Positions 55,934-64,000 of a stretch of DNA of 64,000 nucleotides are shown one piece after another. Origin of the DNA: an uncultured Acidobacteriaceae bacterium (GTDB taxonomy: Bacteria > Acidobacteriota > Terriglobia > Terriglobales > Acidobacteriaceae); NCBI GenBank assembly GCA_963758505.1, contig CAVWVJ010000002.1, forward strand, positions 3,237-67,236, in the 5' to 3' direction. Under the pieces are notes generated by a model. That model ran no database searches. It saw only the letters and a program-made list of their open reading frames with translations, and was not told the DNA's origin. Numbering within the stretch: position 1 is the stretch's first letter; each line of letters opens with the position of its first letter. A program made the translations under genes and the position numbers.

Positions 55934-56587
55934 TTATGATTTACGAATCCAGACCTTTTCGGCGGCCGCCGCGCCGAGCCGGCTGGGTCGTCCCTGGATC
56001 GCCACCGAAATCGTGCCGTCGTAGTTGCGCGCCTCGACCGCAATGCGCGCGCCAGGCCTGATGCCCTCCGCCGCGAAAAACTGCAGCAGCTTGCGGTCCC
56101 GCTCGTAAACGCTTGCCACCGTGTACTTGGTGCCGCCCTCAGCTTCGCTCAACAGGCGCAGCCCGCGCTTTCGCCGCTCCGCCGGACTCCGCATTCCCAG
56201 TCCATTGCCATGCGGACAGGTATCCTTGCGCCCCAACTTCTCCAGCAGTTTCTTTTCGAACGCGGGCGACACGGCATGTTCCAGCCGCTCCGCCTCATCG
56301 TGAATCTCGTCCCACGGCATGTTGAACATCTCGGCCAGCATCCGCTCGATCAAGTGATGGCGGACGATCGTCCGCTCGGCGATGGCCCGTCCTTCGGCTG
56401 TCAGGGAAATCTGTCCGTCGGCTTTGGTCGAAACGAACCCATCTTTTCGCAGACGCTTCAACGCGAACGTGACCGCCGGCCGGCTTACCGACAGCCAGTG
56501 AGCGAGGGTAGCCGGAATTACGCTCACTCCCTCGGCCGCCGCTTCGGCGATTGCCTTCAGATAATCCTCTTTGGAAATGGTGATCAT
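55934..56587 (-). CDS. DtxR/MntR-family metal-dependent transcriptional regulator with a C-terminal FeoA/SH3-like domain
   Basis: EDYLKAI, HTH ..LAHWLSVSRPAVTFALKRL, metal-site helix HHLIERML and a C-terminal FeoA-like segment. Confidence 0.8.
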   Translation of the reverse strand: MITISKEDYLKAIAEAAAEGVSVIPATLAHWLSVSRPAVTFALKRLRKDGFVSTKADGQISLTAEGRAIAERTIVRHHLIERMLAEMFNMPWDEIHDEAERLEHAVSPAFEKKLLEKLGRKDTCPHGNGLGMRSPAERRKRGLRLLSEAEGGTKYTVASVYERDRKLLQFFAAEGIRPGARIAVEARNYDGTISVAIQGRPSRLGAAAAEKVWIRKS

Positions 56588-56618
56588 GTCGGTAAGCAAC
56601 AAACCGCTGCAGTCTACC

Positions 56619-57560
56619 ACTCTGCACTCCGTTGCTCTCTCTTGTCATCCAGAGGAGCGCAGCGACGTAGGGACCTGCTGTCCTGCCCCGCGGCCAGCCC
56701 ACAACTCTCTCCGCGCTCCATCGCTCTCTCTTGTCATCCAGAGGAGCGCAGCGACGTAGGGACCTGCTGTCCTGCCCCGCGGCCAGCCCACAACTCTCTC
56801 CGCACTCCATTGCTCTCTCTTGTCATCCAGAGGAGCGCAGCGACGTAGGGACCTGCTGTTCACGGCCCGCCGCGGAAGAGCACGACCTCACTCCTGCAAA
56901 ACCGAAAAGTTTGTATCAGGGCACGACTTCAGTCGTGCCGCTCGCCGCCCACAGAACCGGGCTTCAGCCCCTGCAAACAGCTCCGCGGCCAGCCCACAAC
57001 TCTCTCCGCACTCCATTGCTCTCTCTTGTCATCCAGAGGAGCGCAGCGACGTAGGGACCTGCTGTCCTGCTCCGCGGCCAGCCCACAAACTCTCTCCGCC
57101 CTCCGTTGCTCTCTCTTGTCATCCAGAGGAGCGCAGCGACGTAGGGACCTGCTGTTCACGGCGCGCTGCAGAAGAGCACGACCTCTCCTGTAAAACCGAA
57201 AAGTTTGTATCAGGGCACGACTTCAGTCGTGCCGCTCGTCGCCCACAGAACCGGGCTTCAGCCCCTGCAAACAGCCCCGCGGCCAGCCCACAACTCTCTC
57301 CGCCCTCCATTGCTCTCTCTTGTCATCCAGAGGAGCGCAGCGACGTAGGGACCTGCTGTCCTGCTCCGCGGCCAGCCCACAACTCTCTCCGCACTCCATT
57401 GCTCTCTCTTGTCATCCAGAGGAGCGCAGCAACGTAGGGACCTGCTCTCCTGCCCCGCGGCCAGCCCACAAACTCTCTCCGCACTCCATTGCTCTCTCTT
57501 GTCATCCAGAGGAGCGCAGCGACGTAGGGACCTGCTGTCCACGGCGCGCTGCAGAAAAGC
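56619..57560. repeat. Higher-order tandem array: 8 copies of an 89-90-bp unit (starts 56641, 56730, 56819, 57025, 57115, 57319, 57408, 57498), interrupted twice by a ~115-bp hairpin-containing module
   Basis: Unit: cttgtcatccagaggagcgcagcgacgtagggacctgctgtcctgccccgcggccagcccacaactctctccgcactccattgctctct. Inserts carry gtttgtatcagggcacgacttcagtcgtgcc and gggcttcagcccctgcaaacag. Confidence 0.95.
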
Positions 57561-57806
57561 CCACCATCACACCCACCCCGTACACCCGTCACATACTTCG
57601 TGACACGATCCGCCTATTCTGCGCATGTGGGGCATTCCCACCAGGAATTGTTCTTTGTTAACAAATGCGGTAAACTCCCGAGAAAGCGCATGGTCGCGAA
57701 TTCTCGTAACTATGCCGCCTAACTCCAATTTCCGGCATATTTTACCCGCAACTCATCCGGAATCTATATTTTGCGCAGATTGCATAGCCTAAAGGCAATA
57801 AAACGC

Positions 57807-57835
57807 TTGACACACATGTGTTCCAAGTGTACTAT
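57807..57835 (+). promoter_or_regulatory. Sigma-70-like promoter inside IRL (TTGACA-17 nt-TACTAT) for the transposase
   Basis: TTGACA at 57807-57812, a 17-nt spacer and TACTAT at 57830-57835. The ATG at 57843 implies a near-leaderless mRNA. Confidence 0.5.
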
Positions 57836-57842
57836 TTTAGGC

Positions 57843-58844
57843 ATGGAAACACCTCGTACCTTGCAAGCTGCGATTGGCTACTTTGCCCATCCACAAAGGG
57901 CCTTTGAAGCCGCTGTTGAGTTCCGCTGGCCCGGTGGCAACGTGACTTGCCCTCGCTGCGGCAAGGCGAAGCATTCGTTCATCAAGACTCGCCGCATCTG
58001 GTTCTGCTACGAGTGCAAGAAGCAGTTCACCGTCAAAGTTGGAACCATCATGGAAGATTCGCCCATCACTCTCGACAAGTGGATGGTCGCTCTTTGGATG
58101 TTGGCGAACTGCAAAAACGGAATCAGCAGCTACGAACTGGCGAAGGTTATCGGCATCCGTCAGAACTCGGCATGGTTCATGCTGCACCGTATTCGCGAAG
58201 CGATGAAAGAACCGAACCTTGGCCGGAAAATGGGCGGTGGCCCCGGTAGCGAGTGCGAAGTGGATGAAACGTACATCGGCGGGAAAGCCATCAATATGCA
58301 CAAGGGTCGCCGCATTCGTGCCATGGCTCAGGGCCACAAGGGAAAGACTATTGTGCAGGGTTTCTATGACCGCGAAGTGCGCAAGGTTCGCGCACAGGTA
58401 GTTCCCAACATCAAGCGGGAGACTTTGCAGAATGCGGTTTTGAATAACATCAAATACGGTTCCACCGTCTACACCGACGACGCAGTAGGTTACGACAAGT
58501 TGAAGAACCGTTTCGTGCATGACGTGGTGAACCACAGCTTGCAGTATGTCAAGGGTCGGGTGAGCACGAACGGATGCGAAAATTTCTGGGCGCTTTTGAA
58601 GCGAACACTGCACGGAACATATGTGAGCGTCGAACCTTTTCACCTTGACGCTTACATTGACGAGCAGGTTTTCCGCTTCAATAACCGTGCGACGAAAGAC
58701 AACAAACTCACGGACGCGGATCGCTTCGCATTCTTGATGGCACAGGTCGCCGGAAAGCGACTGACTTATGCGGAATTGACGGGGAAGGACGCAGACTCGC
58801 TCCACCAGCAAACGGCAGAGACGGGGATGGAAGAGCCGTTCTAG
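57843..58844 (+). CDS. IS1595-family (ISXO2-like) transposase
   Basis: N-terminal zinc ribbon CPRCG...CYECKKQFTVKVGTIMEDS, an HTH region (ISSYELAKVIG) and a DDE-type core (VDETYIGGK ... VYTDD ... NGCENFW). Confidence 0.9.
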   Translation: METPRTLQAAIGYFAHPQRAFEAAVEFRWPGGNVTCPRCGKAKHSFIKTRRIWFCYECKKQFTVKVGTIMEDSPITLDKWMVALWMLANCKNGISSYELAKVIGIRQNSAWFMLHRIREAMKEPNLGRKMGGGPGSECEVDETYIGGKAINMHKGRRIRAMAQGHKGKTIVQGFYDREVRKVRAQVVPNIKRETLQNAVLNNIKYGSTVYTDDAVGYDKLKNRFVHDVVNHSLQYVKGRVSTNGCENFWALLKRTLHGTYVSVEPFHLDAYIDEQVFRFNNRATKDNKLTDADRFAFLMAQVAGKRLTYAELTGKDADSLHQQTAETGMEEPF

Positions 58845-59013
58845 TCCCTGCCGCTGCCGGATGGCTTGCGTGTGGTAACTTTTCTCTTGGGCTGTTTCTT
58901 GGAGTTCTCGACCCTGGGAGCTTTGAAAACAGCCCTCGCCAATTGCTCGAAATTCTCCCCCGCCTTTTGTCCTTCTCGATATTCGTGCTTCACGCAGTCT
59001 CCAGTTCATAATT

Positions 59014-59826
59014 CTAATCCAAGTCGAACCTACAAACGATATCGGCTCCTTCGTATGTCACCGTCATCAGGAATGGTTCTGTCGGAGTCCAAGGGGGACT
59101 CTGGATAAAAAATCGAAGCGCATTAGGAGCTAGCTTAACCGGAGATCCCCCCATCGTGGCTGGCGCTCCAATGGGCTGAAGGAAGCCCGAAGAGAGGGCC
59201 TGATTGCATATGACGTGGCTAGCGACCGGGTTCACATCCTTGTTCGTAATCATGATGAAACGAGATTTGTGGGGAGTCGCTTGCATGTCGGTATCTAATA
59301 ACACCACTGTGGTCTTTTGCGCTGCTGGCGTTAGTAGCTTTAGAGCCTGCGTTTGGCAGTTATTAATCGTATTCTGCTGGTCGCGGTTCTGAGTGCTTAA
59401 TGTCTTATTCTCGCCATCCATATGTGCCTTTTGAACTCCGCAGTCACCGAGCTGACGAGTAAATTCTCCGGTCGTATTCTGAAGTGTGGCTGCGTTAGCT
59501 GTAATAGTCAGACGTTGCGCTTTCGACCGCCCGACTAGCCCTTCATGGTCTTCGTAGACGGCCTTCCCAACTGACCAAATAACGACTGGTCCATAGATCA
59601 CCAGTGAGCACCAAAGCGCGAAGCGCATGGGGCCTTTATATTCCTCCCGCCACTGGCTCAGCATGGCGCGCAATCCTGATTTGCGATGGGTCTTAAGTAG
59701 GAGCACGAGCGCAAGCGACACGGCGAATGCGACATCGATAACCCTTCCCAAAAGGGTCGTGCCGATCGCGTAAAAGAAGATGGAACCCGCCGACGCGAGA
59801 AGGTTGAGTAAGTGACGCAGCCACAT
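59014..59826 (-). CDS. Hypothetical membrane protein (IS passenger gene): three N-terminal TM helices, a Gln/Asn/Thr-rich linker and a beta-rich C-terminal domain
   Basis: 270-aa ORF lying entirely inside the IR-bounded element, convergent with the transposase. No recognisable motif. Confidence 0.6.
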   Translation of the reverse strand: MWLRHLLNLLASAGSIFFYAIGTTLLGRVIDVAFAVSLALVLLLKTHRKSGLRAMLSQWREEYKGPMRFALWCSLVIYGPVVIWSVGKAVYEDHEGLVGRSKAQRLTITANAATLQNTTGEFTRQLGDCGVQKAHMDGENKTLSTQNRDQQNTINNCQTQALKLLTPAAQKTTVVLLDTDMQATPHKSRFIMITNKDVNPVASHVICNQALSSGFLQPIGAPATMGGSPVKLAPNALRFFIQSPPWTPTEPFLMTVTYEGADIVCRFDLD

Positions 59827-59979
59827 GGCGAAAGGGTACTCCCCTCTAATATGGGAACCCCATGCAAATACAACATTACATGCCCCACATGTGCGTCAAC
59901 CGTTTTATTGCCAGCCTAAACTGCTGAAACGGCAGGAGGGTGGGGGAGGGGGGTGAGAGTACGAATCAGTAAACAGCGA

Positions 59980-60717
59980 TCATTGGCTCAGTACCATCGT
60001 TCCCAGCACCGCCTTCTGCTTCACGATGAGCTGATCGATCCCCGCTTTTGCCAGCGCGAGCATCTCGGCCAACTGCTGATCGTCGAAGGGATGCTGTTCC
60101 GCGGTCCCCTGGATCTCGACCATCTTCCGGCTTCCCGTCATCACGATGTTCATGTCCACCTCGGCGCGCGAATCCTCTTCGTACGCCAGGTCGAGCAGCG
60201 CGGCGCCATCGACGATGCCGACGCTGGTCGCGGCCACGTAATCGCGCAGCGGCGAGACCGTCAGTGTGCCCGCTTCGGTCAGCTTCTGCACTGCAAGCGC
60301 AACCGCCACGAACGCTCCGGTGATGGACGCGGTCCGCGTTCCGCCATCGGCCTGGATCACGTCGCAATCCACCCATACGGTGCGTTCGCCGAGCTTGGTC
60401 AGATCGGTCACCGCCCGGATGGAGCGGCCGATGAGCCGTTGGATCTCATGGGTGCGTCCCGACTGCCGTCCCTTGGACACCTCGCGCGTGGTGCGCGTCA
60501 GGGTGGCGCGAGGCAGCATGCCGTACTCGCTCGTCACCCATCCCTTACCGCTGTTACGCAGGAAGGGTGGGACCGTCTCCTCGATCGATGCGGTGCAGAT
60601 CACGCGCGTGTTGCCGATCTCGATGAGACACGAGCCTTCGGCCGTAGAGATGTAATCAGGCAGGATGTTGACGGGACGCATCTGGTCGGGAGCGCGATTG
60701 TCCGAGCGGTAGATCAT
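59980..60717 (-). CDS. rph: Ribonuclease PH
   Basis: R.DGR...Q.R-like N-terminus ([13 protein letters not shown]), [12 protein letters not shown] and [13 protein letters not shown] motifs. Confidence 0.9.
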   Translation of the reverse strand: MIYRSDNRAPDQMRPVNILPDYISTAEGSCLIEIGNTRVICTASIEETVPPFLRNSGKGWVTSEYGMLPRATLTRTTREVSKGRQSGRTHEIQRLIGRSIRAVTDLTKLGERTVWVDCDVIQADGGTRTASITGAFVAVALAVQKLTEAGTLTVSPLRDYVAATSVGIVDGAALLDLAYEEDSRAEVDMNIVMTGSRKMVEIQGTAEQHPFDDQQLAEMLALAKAGIDQLIVKQKAVLGTMVLSQ

Positions 60718-60777
60718 CTCCCGATTGTAATCGCGGGAGCCCTGGAGTGAGTTCCGGGGCTCCCGCTCTGTGTGAGC

Positions 60778-61626
60778 TTAGAAGACGTCGAAATCCGGTG
60801 CGCTGGGAGCGGAGCCCGGATCCGGGGTGGCCTTCACCGCATTCAGCACCGTCTTCAGCGTGGATTGGTGCTGGAAGAACATCGTCGAACGGTATCCGCG
60901 TTTCACCCCCGGGCCGACCACGATCGCCGCAACGTGTCCACCCCCGTGGGCCTTGTCGCTGTCGTACGATTCGTCGAAGACGATGATGAGGATACCGTCT
61001 TTCTTGAATTCGGCGTTGTTGAGAAGAGGCGCTATGTTGGTCTTCAGCCACGCGTCCGCTGCCTGCAGGCTGCCGCTATGTGCGTCGTGAATGATGTTCG
61101 GCGCGATGAAAGAAAATGTCGGCAAGGCTCCGCTCGCCAGGTCCTTAGAGAACTGCGTGAACGGAACAAGATGCTGCTTCTGGACGGAGCTGTTTGCCAC
61201 ATCGGTGAAATAGGCGAGCGGATTGTGATGCTTCAGATAGTAGCCGGTGTTACCGCCCGTGTATCCGACGTACGGCAGCCCCTCGGCATACGATTTCCAG
61301 GTCTTTCCGATCAGCAGAAGTTCACGAACCACGTTGTCCGCGTTGACGGTTCCGGAATAATTGTCGTTGTTGGTGATGACCTGGCCGGCGGTCATCTCCA
61401 TGTAGTTGCCAATCGACGGATGGGAGTTGGCATAGTAGTTGGTGAGCAGAGCATAACTTTTGGCGAGCGAGTTCAAATACGGCATCGCCGAGCTGCCGAT
61501 GACGCTGGAGTAGCTATGATTCTCTTCGACAAGGACGACTACGTGATTGGAAGGAGGAACTGCGGCCAACATCGAAGCGCTGCAAATTCCGAGCAGTACG
61601 GCGACACGAACGACTTTCACGAACAT
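60778..61626 (-). CDS. Secreted phosphoesterase-family protein (acid phosphatase/phospholipase C-like)
   Basis: Signal peptide. HVVVLVEENHSY, PS..NY, NIIHDAH and IVFDES motifs. Confidence 0.75.
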   Translation of the reverse strand: MFVKVVRVAVLLGICSASMLAAVPPSNHVVVLVEENHSYSSVIGSSAMPYLNSLAKSYALLTNYYANSHPSIGNYMEMTAGQVITNNDNYSGTVNADNVVRELLLIGKTWKSYAEGLPYVGYTGGNTGYYLKHHNPLAYFTDVANSSVQKQHLVPFTQFSKDLASGALPTFSFIAPNIIHDAHSGSLQAADAWLKTNIAPLLNNAEFKKDGILIIVFDESYDSDKAHGGGHVAAIVVGPGVKRGYRSTMFFQHQSTLKTVLNAVKATPDPGSAPSAPDFDVF

Positions 61627-61765
61627 CCTTTACCTCGATTGGGGGAGTTATCGAAGGGCGTACTTGTAGGATGCCTGCTGATCAACTCAGGCTGAATAGG
61701 AAATGGGTGTCGTAGAGACACCCATTTGAACTAGGGCGAATTGGGAGTTGCCGCGGGTTTTTAAC

Positions 61766-62935
61766 TCACAATTCACGCAGCGCAACCGCGATGCGGGCGC
61801 GCGCGGCGCGTACGGCAGGAGGAACTCCGCCCGCGATGCCCATGATTACGGAGAAGATAATGCCTCCGATCACGAGTTGCGGCGTGACCTGGAAGGCGAA
61901 TGCGAGATGGGAAAATGTCTGAAAGTTCATTGTTCCCGTGGTGAGCCCGTTCACCGGCAAAACAGCAATACAGCCCAGAACACCTCCAATGACCGCAATG
62001 CAGATCGCCTCGATCATGAACGACATCACGACACTGCCGGCGCCGAAGCCGAGTGCGCGCATGGTGGCGATCTCACGTCCGCGCTCCGAAACAGCGGAGT
62101 ACATGGTATTGAGCGCGCCGAGAATCGCACCTACCGCCATCACTGCCGCGACCAGCCCCCCAAGCACCGTGATGAGCGTCGTCATGGTTCGTGATTGCTT
62201 TTCGTAGTAGTCGCGCTCGCGCTGCACTTGCACTGTCAAACGCGGATCGGTCGTGACCGCATCCTTAAACTTGTCGAACGCACTCGCGGATTCGAGATGT
62301 ACGGTCAGCGACTGGAAGCTGTTTTGCGGACGCTTGTACACCTGGTCAAGAATTGCACTGTCGCACCAGAGCTCGGAATCGAACGCGCTGCCGCCGGCGT
62401 CGAAGACGCCAACGACGGTCCACTCGCCGCCACCAAAGCGGACCGTGTTGCCGAGTTCGAAGCCGCTGTAGGTCGCTGCAACGTTACGGCCGACAATCAG
62501 CTCATTTTTCCCGGGCTCGAACGCACGGCCACGGCTCATGTGAACATTTGGACGCACATCGAAGATCTGCGGTGAGACTCCGCGTACCTGGACGTTGGCA
62601 TCGGTTCCGGTGCTCTTCAGCGGGAAAGCCGCGATCACCACAACTTCCGGGCTGACGACCGGCTGTCCATTCTTGCGCGCGACGCCCGGGGCATCCTCGA
62701 TCACCTTTACCTGGTCGAGTCCCATGCCACTCATCATCTCCGAAGTCGCGCCACCGCGCAGAACGATGGCATTGTCGGGCAGCCCGCTGTGGACGAGAGT
62801 CGCCTGGAACCCGTGCGCCAGGGCGAGCATGGCAACAAAAACACCTACCGTGCCCGCGATGCCGATGACAGCGACCAGGGTGGAGGTCCAGCGCACACCC
62901 AGGCTGCGAACGTTGTAAGAAAGAGGAATGGCCAT
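61766..62935 (-). CDS. ABC transporter permease, FtsX/MacB-like
   Basis: N-terminal TM helix, a large periplasmic domain and a C-terminal FtsX 3-TM bundle (RGREIATMRALGF). Confidence 0.8.
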   Translation of the reverse strand: MAIPLSYNVRSLGVRWTSTLVAVIGIAGTVGVFVAMLALAHGFQATLVHSGLPDNAIVLRGGATSEMMSGMGLDQVKVIEDAPGVARKNGQPVVSPEVVVIAAFPLKSTGTDANVQVRGVSPQIFDVRPNVHMSRGRAFEPGKNELIVGRNVAATYSGFELGNTVRFGGGEWTVVGVFDAGGSAFDSELWCDSAILDQVYKRPQNSFQSLTVHLESASAFDKFKDAVTTDPRLTVQVQRERDYYEKQSRTMTTLITVLGGLVAAVMAVGAILGALNTMYSAVSERGREIATMRALGFGAGSVVMSFMIEAICIAVIGGVLGCIAVLPVNGLTTGTMNFQTFSHLAFAFQVTPQLVIGGIIFSVIMGIAGGVPPAVRAARARIAVALREL

Positions 62936-62936
62936 C

Positions 62937-64000
62937 TCACACTCTCCGAATCGCGTCCACGACGCGCAGACGGCTTGCATTGATTGCTGGAATGATGCCC
63001 GCGAGGAATGCGATCGCAAGGGTGATGACGACGCCTTCGATCGCCTTATCCATGGGCAAGAAGACAAACTGCAGGAAGCTGCCGAGAGCTTTCTCGATTC
63101 CCGGCAACATGAGCATAAGGAGAACCAGACCGATGATCACGCCGATGGAAGCGACCAACAACGCCTCGGCGATGATCAGCACGAGGACAAAGGTATCGGT
63201 GTAGCCAATCGCTTTGAGGACCGCGAGCTCGCGCACACGCTCACGAATCGACATCGCCATGGTGTTCCCGATGACCAGCAGCAGGGTGAAGAAGACGATG
63301 CTGCCGATGATGGTAATCATGAGACCGATGTTTCCGGTCTGCTTGGCCCATCCGGCGAGCATCTCCTTTTCCGTTTGGGTCTTGGTTTCGGTCGAAGAAT
63401 TGGCAAACATCGTATCGATTTCTTTACTGATGCGAACCGCGTCGTCGGGATTATCGATACGAACGATGTACCAGCCGACCGTGCCTTTTCCGAAACCGCG
63501 GCGTTCGTCGAAGAGCTTCCAATGCAGCCAGAACTGGCTGGTATCCTCGTCGGGCTTGTCGGCGTGGTAAATGCCACGGATGTTGAACGACCACGATTGG
63601 CCGCCGCCCCAGAGCACTCCGGTGAGGGGAACGCGGTCGCCCACTTTGAAGCCGTAGCGCTTCGCCGTCTTCTCGCCGACGATTGCGCCTTCCCGGTCTT
63701 CGAGCCATGCCTTCCACTCGGCGTCGCTGATCTTGAACTCGGGATACATCTGCCGGTACCCCACCTCATCGATGGCGTACTGCGGGAAGAAGTTCTTCTC
63801 GTCCTGGTAGACCGCGCCGAACCAGTTCGCGTAGGTCACGGCCTTTACTCCCCGGATCTGCTCGATCTTTTCCTTGTAAGCCTGCGGCACCGGCTGAATG
63901 ATGGAGACGCGGTTCTGCACCATGAGGCGATCGACACCCGCCATGCTGTTCAGCGCGCCGTTGAATGAATTGTTCACGATCGCCAGGATGCCGAACAGGA
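62937..64000 (-). CDS. ABC transporter permease, FtsX/MacB-like (5' end outside the window)
   Basis: FtsX motif RVRELAVLKAIGY and C-terminal TM helices. The ORF is open at the window edge. Confidence 0.75.
   Translation of the reverse strand, partial: LFGILAIVNNSFNGALNSMAGVDRLMVQNRVSIIQPVPQAYKEKIEQIRGVKAVTYANWFGAVYQDEKNFFPQYAIDEVGYRQMYPEFKISDAEWKAWLEDREGAIVGEKTAKRYGFKVGDRVPLTGVLWGGGQSWSFNIRGIYHADKPDEDTSQFWLHWKLFDERRGFGKGTVGWYIVRIDNPDDAVRISKEIDTMFANSSTETKTQTEKEMLAGWAKQTGNIGLMITIIGSIVFFTLLLVIGNTMAMSIRERVRELAVLKAIGYTDTFVLVLIIAEALLVASIGVIIGLVLLMLMLPGIEKALGSFLQFVFLPMDKAIEGVVITLAIAFLAGIIPAINASRLRVVDAIRRV

Larger units (their letters stand above)
57794..59912 (+). mobile_element. IS1595-family insertion element (2119 bp) with a passenger gene, 27-bp imperfect IRs and an 8-bp target-site duplication
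   Basis: IRL 57794-57820 is ggcaataaaacgcttgacacacatgtg. The reverse complement of IRR 59886-59912 is ggcaataaaacggttgacgcacatgtg (25/27 match). The direct repeat AGCCTAAA occurs at 57786-57793 and 59913-59920. Internal G+C is lower than the flanks. Confidence 0.9.

Noticed and set aside
56820-57437. 205-aa ORF (and the overlapping ORFs 56731..57054, 57320..57661, 57258..57542 and others) across the repeat array
   Set aside because: The ORFs consist of reiterated pseudo-peptides generated by the DNA repeat, on both strands and in several frames. This is not protein-like.
56619-57560. Possible CRISPR array (regularly spaced ~40-bp conserved cores)
   Set aside because: The sequences between the cores are themselves near-identical in every unit, so there are no unique spacers. 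No cas genes are nearby. It is a plain tandem/higher-order repeat.
1-64000. tRNA genes, complete rRNA genes and cas or other obvious defence genes
   Set aside because: Scanning intergenic regions by eye found no cloverleaf-compatible sequence with a T-arm (GTTCGAATC-like) outside coding regions. The only rRNA-like sequence is the 280-bp fragment. A proper tRNAscan/Infernal run is still advisable.

Overview
GC-rich bacterial chromosomal window. The gene content and the intergenic repeat families look acidobacterial (Acidobacteriota/Terriglobia); this is an inference, since no database search was possible. About 55 protein genes are supportable. They include the conserved lptC/A-like-lptB-rpoN block, a PAS histidine kinase and an interrupted OmpR-type regulator followed by fliD-fliS, and a minus-strand operon (GcvH-like protein, NrfC-like 4Fe-4S protein, NrfD-like membrane protein, degenerate GDH-like protein, tandem Usp). 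Also present are GH18/GH39 glycosidases, an NtrC-type two-component pair, bactofilin with a methyltransferase, glmU, an AmmeMemoRadiSam radical SAM enzyme, a LacI regulator, an MFS transporter, yjcH-like/actP, ggt, a class A beta-lactamase-like gene, two aldolases, a large TonB-dependent receptor with a DtxR/MntR regulator, rph, a phosphoesterase and FtsX-type ABC permeases. I found no tRNA, no complete rRNA and no CRISPR array. The main unusual items are listed here. (1) A GH57 gene is broken by frame changes and cut off by an AT-rich ~280-bp fragment of LSU rRNA (GTPase-associated centre) on the minus strand. (2) An intact 2.1-kb IS1595-family element has 27-bp inverted repeats, an 8-bp target duplication and an unknown membrane-protein passenger gene. 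(3) A ~0.95-kb higher-order tandem array and several other copies of a three-module intergenic repeat family are present. (4) The GcvH-like/NrfCD module has no catalytic subunit nearby, and a perfect sigma-54 consensus lies inside the adjacent GDH-like ORF. (5) There is a candidate structured RNA with mutually exclusive pairings and a strong terminator. (6) There are tandem small CxxC paralogs and a stand-alone Ser/Thr-rich 53-codon ORF. All homology calls come from reading motifs by eye and need database confirmation.
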